Source: an uncultured Alphaproteobacteria bacterium (GTDB lineage Bacteria; Pseudomonadota; Alphaproteobacteria; Rhizobiales; Beijerinckiaceae). Taken from it: a stretch of 64,000 bases of DNA. Below the pieces are notes generated by a model. The model was not told where the DNA came from. It did no database searches and saw nothing but the letters and a program-made list of their open reading frames with translations. How positions within the stretch are numbered: the first letter of the stretch is position 1; every line of letters begins with the position of its first letter. The stretch covers positions 132,231 through 196,230 of the forward strand of contig CAWIKX010000013.1 in assembly GCA_963836695.1 (NCBI GenBank), read 5' to 3'. Shown here in pieces: positions 18,368 to 26,218 of the stretch. The position numbers and the translations under genes were made by a program.

Positions 18368-19637
18368 CTATCGGGTCATGGACAAAGCGCGGGTGAAGAA
18401 ATCCCGTCCGCCGAAATTGCCGGACTTGAGCGCCATTTGCAATTCGCCGCCCTTTCGCCCGACCGTGCGCATGAGCGGCACCCCGGGCGCGATTTCCGGC
18501 CCGAGCCGGAAGGCCGAAACGCCGAGCCGATCGACCGCGGCGCCCGAGGTTTCGCCGCCTGCGACGACAAGCCGCCGCACGCCTGAGGCCACCAGTCCGG
18601 ACGCGATCTCGGCGAGGGCATGTTCGATGGCACGGCCCGCTTTGCCTCGTCCGTAGCGCGATTGGAGCGCGGCTACTTGCTCCGGCTCCTCGCTTGACGC
18701 GATTACGACCGGGCCTGACCCGATGCGATCCTTTGCCCAGTTCAGCGCCCGATCGGTTTCGCCTGAGTCCTTGATCAGGGCTTCAGAAGAAAGGCGCAGC
18801 ACGGGAATATCGTTCTCAACCGCCGCGATTTGTTCAAGCGTCGCACGTGAGCAGGACCCGGCCAGGATCGCGGCCCTTCCGCCTACGGCTTCGAGGGTCG
18901 CAGCGTGGGTGGTCCTGCCGTGACCGCGCGCGAGAGCCCGTGCAAGCCCGAGTCCGAGGCCCGAAGCGCCGACGGAGAACGCGCTCTCGGCCGCGGCGTC
19001 ACCGAGCGCCTCGAGGTCACGCTCGAATACGGCGTCGACAATCGCCGTTCCATAGCCCTGCGCGGTGAGTTCAGAGCGCGCGCGGGAGACTGCTTCGCTT
19101 CCCTGTACGACTGTCATGAGGTCGATGAGGCCAACGGAACCCTTCGATTGTCGTTGCAACACCCGCACCAGATTGGAATCGTGCATCGGATTGAGCGGAT
19201 GATCCTTGAGAGGGCTCTCACTCAAAGGCGTCGAGCCAACGAACAGGTGACCGAGATAGACGGTTCGCCCGGTCTCCGGAAAGGCCGGGGTCACCAAAGC
19301 GCAGCCACCGCTAGCCTTGGCGCCCAGAGCGTCCGCCACAGGACCGATGTTGCCGGCGTCGGTCGAGTTCGAACGTGGAGCAGACTTTGTACATCACGTG
19401 CCGCGCGCCGCGCGCAGACAGCCAATCATAGGCGGCCGTGGCCGCCTCGACTGCCTGCCGAGCTTCGATCGACCGGATTTTAAGTGCGACGACAATCGCT
19501 TCGGCGTCATCGATCTTCAAGCCCGGCGCGGGCACGCCAATGGTTTGAATGGTCGAGAGGCCATTGCCGTTGAGCGTATTCGCGAGATCGGAGGCGCCCG
19601 TGTAGTCGTCGGCGACAGCGCCCAACAAGAGCGGCAT
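18368..19637 (-). pseudogene. otnK: four-carbon acid sugar kinase (DUF1537; 3-oxo-tetronate kinase-like), interrupted by a +1-nt frameshift
   Basis: The N-terminal 108-aa ORF (19311-19637, MPLLLGAVADDYTGASD...) and the C-terminal 323-aa ORF (18368-19339) are two halves of one ~422-aa kinase. Deleting one T at 19368/19369 restores ...KVCSTFDSTDAGNIGPVADALGAK... Confidence 0.8.
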
Positions 19638-19638
19638 G

Positions 19639-20415
19639 TCAGACCCTCCGGTAGGGCTTGAACCAGGCGAGCCCCTCGAGTGTGCCGGCGCGCGGGTTAT
19701 ATTCGCAGCCGATATAGCCGTCGTATTGAAGCCGGTCGAACTCGGCGAACAGGTACGGATAGTTCAGCTCCTCGCCGTCCGGTTCGTGTCGCAACGGGAC
19801 GGAGGCGACCTGGATGTGGCCGACGATAGGTTGCAGGGCGCGGAAAGACATCGTCACGTCGCCGTGCAGGATCTGCCGATGATAGACATCGAACTGAAGC
19901 TTCACATTCGGCTGCCCAAGCGCATCGATGAGCGCGCTCGTGTAAGCGAAATCGTTTAGGAAGTAGGTCGGCATGTTGCGCGTGTTGATAGGCTCGAGAA
20001 GCAGATCGACGCCGCGCTCGGCGAGGATCGGGGCCGCATAAGCGATGGCGCGCTTGTAGCTCGCCTCAGCCTCGCCGTCCTTGCGTGAGGCGTTCCCCGC
20101 CATCACATGCACGCGCTTGATCTTGGTCGCCGCGACATAATCGAGCGCGCGCGCGAGGCCGGACTTGAATTCATCGAACCGCGCGGGAAGGGCCGCCAGT
20201 CCGCGCTCGCCTTCATCCCAACGACCGGGCGGCAGATTGAACAAAGCCGGGGTCAGCCGATTGCGATCAAGCCGCTCGGCGATCGCCTCGGGGGGATGGT
20301 CGTAAGGAAACAGAAACTCGACCGACGCGAAGCCCGCTTCCGCGGCCGCGTCGAAACGGTCGAGGAACGCGTGCTCGGTGAACATCATCGACAGGTTTGC
20401 GGCGAACTTGGGCAC
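19639..20415 (-). CDS. otnI: hydroxypyruvate-isomerase family TIM-barrel protein, 2-oxo-tetronate isomerase-like
   Basis: 258 aa. The N-terminus MPKFAANLSMMFTE...FLDRFDAAAEAGFASVEF is typical of the Hyi/OtnI family. It lies immediately upstream of otnK (TGAcATG junction, with the RBS inside its own 3' end). Confidence 0.75.
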   Translation of the reverse strand: MPKFAANLSMMFTEHAFLDRFDAAAEAGFASVEFLFPYDHPPEAIAERLDRNRLTPALFNLPPGRWDEGERGLAALPARFDEFKSGLARALDYVAATKIKRVHVMAGNASRKDGEAEASYKRAIAYAAPILAERGVDLLLEPINTRNMPTYFLNDFAYTSALIDALGQPNVKLQFDVYHRQILHGDVTMSFRALQPIVGHIQVASVPLRHEPDGEELNYPYLFAEFDRLQYDGYIGCEYNPRAGTLEGLAWFKPYRRV

Positions 20416-20434
20416 TTTTTTCGCTCCGGTAAGG

Positions 20435-21445
20435 CTAGCGTCTCGTTCGTGGGCTCAGGAGCCGCTCCGCGAGAACGGCCGCAATGATGATGCCGCCGAT
20501 GGCGGAGCCTTGCCAGAACGGCGAGACGCCGAGCAGATTGAGGCCGTTGCGGATCATCACCATGATAAACACGCCGATCAGCGTGCCGATGATCGTGCCT
20601 CGGCCGCCATAGAGGCTCGCGCCGCCGATGACCACCGCGGCGATGGCGTCGAGCTCGAGCCCGGTGCCGGCGAGCGGATCAATGGAGAGGATCTGGGCCG
20701 ACATGAGCGTCGCCGCGATCGCCGAGAGCGCGCCCGAGACCACGTAAGGCAGTACGCTGTAGAACAGCACGCTGAGACCCGCGGTGCGCGCCGCCTCGCG
20801 GTTCGAGCCAACCGCGTAAATCGTGCGTCCGCCCTTGGTGTAAGTGAGGTAGGCCCAGGCGAGCGCGTAGAGCACGAGTAGGGTGAGAACGTTGGTCTGG
20901 ATTCCGAAAACCTCAGTGTAGACGAGATCGTTCAGCTGCGGCGGAATGTCGCTGATCGACGTTTGCCCTGAGAATATGTAGGCAAGGCTCCTTCCGATCG
21001 CCATGACGCCAAGCGTGATGACGAAGGCGGCCAGGTCAAAATAGGCGATCAACAAGCCTGAGAAGAGCCCGATGCCGGCGCCGGCGAGCGTCGCGAACCC
21101 GATTGCGACGGGAATTGAAAAGTGATGCAGCGCGAGGCCGAGGATGACCCCGGTCAGGCCAACGACGGAGCCCACGGAAAGATCAATGCCGCCAACCAGA
21201 ATGACGAAGGTCATGCCAATCGCCACGATGCCGGTGACGACTGATTGATCGAGCAGATTGAGAAGATTGTTCGTTTTAAGGAAGTACGGCGAGAGCAACG
21301 ATAAGGCGACCGCGATGATGATCGCCAGCGCCAGCATCCGCAGTTCGAGCGGCGCCGAACGAACGCTAAAACTTCGCGCTTGGTGTCGTTCGGAGGTGGA
21401 GTTGGGCGTGACCGCGCCGATCGGCTTCGAGGTTTCCTGGGTCAT
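20435..21445 (-). CDS. CUT2 (ribose/xylose-type) sugar ABC transporter permease
   Basis: 336 aa, multi-TM, RbsC/AraH-like (GGIDLSVGSV, GGRGTIIGTLIG). Its start overlaps the ATPase stop (ATGA at 21442-21445). Confidence 0.85.
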   Translation of the reverse strand: MTQETSKPIGAVTPNSTSERHQARSFSVRSAPLELRMLALAIIIAVALSLLSPYFLKTNNLLNLLDQSVVTGIVAIGMTFVILVGGIDLSVGSVVGLTGVILGLALHHFSIPVAIGFATLAGAGIGLFSGLLIAYFDLAAFVITLGVMAIGRSLAYIFSGQTSISDIPPQLNDLVYTEVFGIQTNVLTLLVLYALAWAYLTYTKGGRTIYAVGSNREAARTAGLSVLFYSVLPYVVSGALSAIAATLMSAQILSIDPLAGTGLELDAIAAVVIGGASLYGGRGTIIGTLIGVFIMVMIRNGLNLLGVSPFWQGSAIGGIIIAAVLAERLLSPRTRR

Positions 21446-23380
21446 AGCGTCGCGCGGAAACGATCTTGAATCGCGGAACGCATCGCCTCCGCCGGCGGAG
21501 TGGGACTTTCTGGCCGGATGACGACGCCGATCGATCCCAATTCATGACCGCGATGGCTATGGACGTCGACCAGCAGGCTTTTCAAGCCGCTTGTCGGATC
21601 GAGCACGAAGTCGGTGGAGCGCGCCCTTAAAGCCGCCGAGATCGGCGTCTCGTCGAACCGCGGCGCGGACCCGGCGCTGAGCGAAGGATCCGCCTCCGGG
21701 TTTGTGGTCGCGGTATTGAGGCAAAAGATCCTCTCGTTATCGAGAATAGCCCAAAAAGCCGCGCCGTCGCATTGATTGGCGAGCTCCTGCAAGAGATGCC
21801 GGTAACGCTCCATCGAGGCGCGCGGCGCGGCCAAAAGGGTCAGTTTCTCTTCATCGAGATAGGCGGCCGGCACGTCGGCGATCGACGTTCCGTCGCTGAC
21901 TACGATTACGCGACCGGCGAGGCCAAGCAGTTCCTCGAATTCGGAGGAAATGATGATGATGGCCGCGCCGAATGCGGCGAAGTCTCGGAGGATCGCATAG
22001 ATCGCCGCGCGTGTGCCGATGTCCACGCCCTTGGTCGGCTCGTCGAGGATCAAAACCCTTGGCTCCAGCAGCAGCCATCGCGCGATGATGATCTTCTGCT
22101 GCATGCCGCCGGAGAAGTTCAGGAGGTTCGGCTCGGACAGCCGATCCGGCGGCAGTTCGAGGCGCGCCATCAGCTCGTTGACTTTCTTCTCCCGCTTGCC
22201 ATAGCCGAGGCCAAACCCGCGATGCGCGCCGAGGTGGCCGAGAAGCAGATTCTCGCGCACGGAAAGGTCTGGGACGATGGACTGGCGTCGGCGATCCTCG
22301 GCGACGAATCCGATGCCGGCGCGTATCGCCTCGGCCGGAGAGCGCGGAGCGAAGGGCCGACCTTCATAAAGCACTTCGCCGCCGGCGCGGGGACGCAGGC
22401 CGAACAGCGTCTCGACCGTCTCGGAGCGCCCGGCGCCAACCAGGCCGCCAAGCCCCAAGATCTCGCCGCGATGGAGATCGAATGAGATGTCGCGCACCAT
22501 CGGCGGCGCGCGAAGGGCGCGCACGGAGAGCACCGGCTCTCCGCGCGTATCGACGGGCGCGGACGACGCCGCATAGATCGATCCGAGATCACGGCCGACC
22601 ATCAGGCGCACGAGCTCCGTCTGGTTCAGGCTCGAGATCGGCCGCGAGGCCACGACCGTGCGCCCTTCGCGCATGACCGTGATTTCGTCCGAGATCGCGA
22701 ACACCTCTTCCAGCCGATGCGAGACGAACACAATCGAGCATCGCGCCCCTTCAAGCCGCGCGATGACGTCGAACAGGCGCTCGACTTCACTCGGGCTCAG
22801 GGATGCTGTCGGCTCATCGAAGATAATCAGATTGGCTTTCAGCGCCAGCGCTTTTGCGATCTCGACGAGCTGGCGTTGCGCGGCGGAAAGATCGCGCGCC
22901 TCGGTGTCGAGCGAGACCGCTTGCTCCTGTCCGAGATCGGCCAGAATTTCGCTCGCCCGACGGCGCATTGTCGGGACGCGACAGCCTCCCGGGCCGGCCA
23001 AGGTCGGGGAGGAAAATGTTCTCCAGAACCGAGAGGTCCGGTGCGAGGCTCGTCTCCTGCATGACCATGGCGATGCCCGCGTCGAGCGCCTCGCGCGGGC
23101 TGCGGACGTCTCGCGATTCGCCGCGATAGAGGATTTCGCCGCCATCGCGACGGACGTGACCGGAAATGACGCGGGAGAGCGTCGACTTGCCCGCGCCGTT
23201 CGCGCCCAGAAGCGCATGGGTGACGCCCGGCCGCAGCGTGAGATTCGCCCCGACGAGCGCACGCGTTTGCGCGAAACTCTTCGAGATCCCGCGCGCCTCC
23301 AGAAGCGGGAGTGCCGGGTCTGTCATCGTTTCAGTCATGAACGAGGCGGGCGCTGACACGCCGGCCTCTATCTCTGTCAC
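21442..23380 (-). pseudogene. CUT2 sugar ABC transporter ATP-binding protein (tandem NBDs) with an extra ~140-aa C-terminal domain; reading frame broken by a 1-nt indel
   Basis: The NBD1 Walker A and Q-loop (GANGAGKST, MVMQETSL) are in the frame of ORF 22814-23380. The NBD1 signature and Walker B (LSAAQRQLVEIAKA, LIIFDEPTASL) and all of NBD2 are in the frame of ORF 21442-23262. The switch lies within 22963-22985. Confidence 0.8.
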
Positions 23381-24360
23381 TTCAGTTCATTGCCAAACAC
23401 GGTCTGCTTGATGGTCGGCAGGATCTCATCGATGTTCTTGCTGGTGGCGACCACGATTGGAACCAGGATCTGCTTTTCCGGCGTGCCGCCCTTGATCGCG
23501 GTCACCAGCGCTTCGCCGGACTTCTCGCCCATCAGATAAGGCTGTTGCATGCCGGAGGCGACGATCTCGCCCTTCTTCAGAAGATCGACGAATTCCGGAA
23601 TGCCGTCAAAGGCCGCGACAAGCAGGGTGCCGTCGCGATGGCCAGCCTTAATGGCGCGAAGCGCGCCAAGAGTGGGCTCGTCAGTCTGGATGAACATGGC
23701 CCTCATGTCCGGGTTGGCGGTCAGCATGTCCTGCGTGAACTTGAACGTCTCGTCGGCGGTGTAGGCTTGCATCTGCTGCAATCCGGCTTCCTTGGCAATC
23801 CCAGCGTTCTTCATCGCTTCGCGGAAGCCAGCGGTGCGCGCCTGGCCGTTCTTGCGCGCTTGCGAGATGGTGACAAGGCCGACGGAGCCGTCGGTCCAAC
23901 CCTTCTCCTTCAACGCGGCGGCCAGCGCCTCCCCGACGCCGAACGCGCCTTGTTTATTGTCGGAGATGATGAACGAGACATAGTCGCCGCTGTTGGTGCC
24001 GATGTCCGCGACGACGACCGGAATCTTCGCGCGGGCAGCGGCGGTAAGAACGCTCGGCGCGGTTGAGCTGTCGGTCGGCGAGATCGCGATGCCGGCGACG
24101 CCGCGGGCGATCGCGTCCTGCGCATTCTTGAGCTGCGTCTCAGCACTATTGTTGGAGTCGAGCGCCGTGTAGGTGTAGCCGGCCTTCTTGGCCTCCGCCT
24201 CGATTCCCTTCGACAGGTAGCGCCAGAATGGCAAGTCGAGGCCTGGCGTCAGATAGACGATCTCCTTCGAATCGGCGGCGCGCGCGGGCGCTGCAAATCC
24301 CATCGTTGTCGCGGCGAGCGCCGACACGACGGATATGAGATCTCGACGGCTGAGTTTCAT
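23377..24360 (-). CDS. CUT2 sugar ABC transporter periplasmic binding protein
   Basis: The start ATG at 24360 is preceded by GGGAGGAAG. The signal peptide is MKLSRRDLISVVSALAATTMGFAAPARA. It has a periplasmic-binding-protein type I fold (RbsB-like). Confidence 0.85.
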   Translation of the reverse strand: MKLSRRDLISVVSALAATTMGFAAPARAADSKEIVYLTPGLDLPFWRYLSKGIEAEAKKAGYTYTALDSNNSAETQLKNAQDAIARGVAGIAISPTDSSTAPSVLTAAARAKIPVVVADIGTNSGDYVSFIISDNKQGAFGVGEALAAALKEKGWTDGSVGLVTISQARKNGQARTAGFREAMKNAGIAKEAGLQQMQAYTADETFKFTQDMLTANPDMRAMFIQTDEPTLGALRAIKAGHRDGTLLVAAFDGIPEFVDLLKKGEIVASGMQQPYLMGEKSGEALVTAIKGGTPEKQILVPIVVATSKNIDEILPTIKQTVFGNELK

Positions 24361-24431
24361 TGGCTTCCTCCCAATTTGCCGGACTTCCCGGCGTTGATGA
24401 TTGCGGCTGTGTTCATGCGGCGCCGTCGAAG

Positions 24432-25193
24432 TCAAGCTGTCTTCTTCGGCTTCGGTTTGTCCGCGAGGATCTCGACGGTAGTTGCGTAGATGCGGTCGAT
24501 GTGCCGCCCGATGGCGTTGCTCGCTGCTTCTGGATCGCGGGCGCTGAGCGCCTTGAAGATCGCGGCATGATCGAGATAGCTCTTCCCGATAGCGCCTGGG
24601 CGAGAGACAGCGATCCTCCGATGCTCAAGCATGAACATATAGAGGTCGGTGACAAAGTCGGCGAGCAACGGATTGCCACAGCTGCGATAGATCGTGAGAT
24701 GAAACTCCCGGTCGCAGATCAGGAAGTGCACCGGATCGTGCATCGTTTGCTTCTGGATCGCGAGCGACTGTTCGAGGCGGACGAGCGCGGAAGCATCGAT
24801 ATGAACGGCGGCTTCCGCGGCTACAGAGCGCTCGACGAGGACGCGCGCCTTGTGAACGGAGTCGAGTTCATAGGCGTTGATCGCGCTCGGGCTCGTGACG
24901 CCGATCTTCAGCGTATCGATCTTCCGGCTGACAACCCGCGTGCGCGAGCCTTGGCTCACCGCCACGACGCCGAGCGCCGCCAGCGTCTGGATTGCGCCGC
25001 GCACGGTCTCGCGGCTGACCGCCAACAGCGCAGCGAGCTCCCGCTCGCTCGGCAACTCCTCGCCGACCTGAAGGATGCCCGACGCGATGAGCGAGGCAAG
25101 CTTGTCGCTGATCCGTTCCCGCACCGTGCGCGGACCGATCTCAGCCTTGAGATGCTGAGCGCGCGAAAAAATGCTCGTCGGCGGCGACCGCAA
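24432..25193 (-). CDS. GntR-family transcriptional regulator (FadR/FCD subfamily)
   Basis: An N-terminal wHTH is present (LPSERELAALLAVSRETVRGAIQTLAALG), followed by a helical FCD-type ligand domain. Confidence 0.85.
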   Translation of the reverse strand: MRSPPTSIFSRAQHLKAEIGPRTVRERISDKLASLIASGILQVGEELPSERELAALLAVSRETVRGAIQTLAALGVVAVSQGSRTRVVSRKIDTLKIGVTSPSAINAYELDSVHKARVLVERSVAAEAAVHIDASALVRLEQSLAIQKQTMHDPVHFLICDREFHLTIYRSCGNPLLADFVTDLYMFMLEHRRIAVSRPGAIGKSYLDHAAIFKALSARDPEAASNAIGRHIDRIYATTVEILADKPKPKKTA

Positions 25194-25225
25194 ACCCTGT
25201 ACCTTAAGCTCATTCCAACGCTATG

Positions 25226-25246
25226 CTGGTCTAGTCACCAGACCAG
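25226..25246. promoter_or_regulatory. candidate GntR operator (inverted repeat CTGGTCT-N7-AGACCAG containing TGGT-N6-ACCA)
   Basis: There are perfect 7-nt inverted arms 33 nt upstream of the GntR start codon. The GT...AC core matches the general FadR/GntR operator logic. Confidence 0.35.
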
Positions 25247-25453
25247 CGTGCCGCCTCACTGTCAAGCGCGCGGTTCATGACCGGCGCCGCGTATTGACGC
25301 AATCGTCATTGCGCGGAGCATAGGGCGTCGAGAGACGCCCGTCCTTCGACGGGCCACGGCGACGCGGCGATCCAGGGGCGGCAGGGCGCGCCGCGACTCC
25401 TGGATCGCTTCGCTCATGCTCGCGATGACGGATCAAGCTGAACGCGAGTTGCT

Positions 25454-26218
25454 CTAAGCGCTCAGAGCTGCGTCGGCGACCGTCTCGGGAACGCCAGAGA
25501 CGATCAGCTCCAGCACCTCTTTTTCCGTCGTTTCGACAATCGCGCGCTCGCCGACGTTGCGTCCGCGCTTCAGCACCATCACCCGGTCGCCGACCTCGAA
25601 TATGTCGTTCAGGCGGTGCGAGATGATGATCTGCGAGACACGGTGTCGCTTCAACTCCAGCATCGTTTCCAAGAGACGGTTGGTCGCCGTCACTGAGAGA
25701 TTGGCGGTCGGCTCGTCGAAAATCACCACCTTCGGCTCGAAGGAAATGGCGCGCGCAATCGCCACGGATTGCTGGCGTCCGCCGGAAAGGCTTTCCACCT
25801 TCTGATAGACTGAGTTCACGTCGACCTTTAGGCGGTCGAGGATCGTCCGGGCATCGACATGCATGCGCGCGCGATCGACGAAGATCCCGAAGCGGCGGGG
25901 CCAGCGGCCGAGGAAAATATTCTGACTGACGTCGAGATTCCCGCACAAAGCAAAGTCCTGATAGATCATCTCGATGCCGAGACCGCGACTCTCGTGCGGG
26001 CTTTTGAAATGCACAGGCTCGCCGTCGATCATGACGTCGCCCGAGTCGCGCTGATAGGCGCCGGTCATGATTTTCATAAGCGTCGACTTGCCCGCCGAAT
26101 TGTCCCCCACAAGGCCAAGAACCTCTCCCGGCAGCAAGGCCAGATGGACATCGGCCAGCGCTCTGACCGGGCCGAAGCTCTTGTCGATCGACCGCATCTC
26201 CACGACTGGGCGGCTCAT
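25454..26218 (-). CDS. sugar ABC transporter ATP-binding protein, single NBD (FrcA-like)
   Basis: The real start is the ATG at 26218, overlapping the permease stop (ATGA). Walker A GDNSAGKST, signature LSGGRQQSVAIARA, Walker B VVIFDEPTANL. Confidence 0.85.
   Translation of the reverse strand: MSRPVVEMRSIDKSFGPVRALADVHLALLPGEVLGLVGDNSAGKSTLMKIMTGAYQRDSGDVMIDGEPVHFKSPHESRGLGIEMIYQDFALCGNLDVSQNIFLGRWPRRFGIFVDRARMHVDARTILDRLKVDVNSVYQKVESLSGGRQQSVAIARAISFEPKVVIFDEPTANLSVTATNRLLETMLELKRHRVSQIIISHRLNDIFEVGDRVMVLKRGRNVGERAIVETTEKEVLELIVSGVPETVADAALSA

Noticed and set aside
24361-24435. 25-codon extension of the SBP ORF (MTSTAPHEHSRNHQRR…) overlapping the GntR stop.
   Set aside because: The strong RBS GGGAGGAAG sits directly upstream of the internal ATG at 24360, which starts a normal signal peptide.
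25321-25356. Two short GC hairpins (GCGTC-gaga-GACGC and GCCCGTC-cttc-GACGGGC) ~100 nt downstream of the single-NBD ATPase gene, considered as an intrinsic terminator.
   Set aside because: The stems are only 5-7 bp and no U-tract follows on the transcribed (minus) strand. That is too weak to call without 3'-end data.
25275-25946. 223-aa minus-strand ORF spanning the GntR-ATPase intergenic region and the 3' part of the ATPase gene.
   Set aside because: It is a frame-shifted shadow of the ATPase gene. The sequence is Arg-rich and featureless, and there is no RBS.
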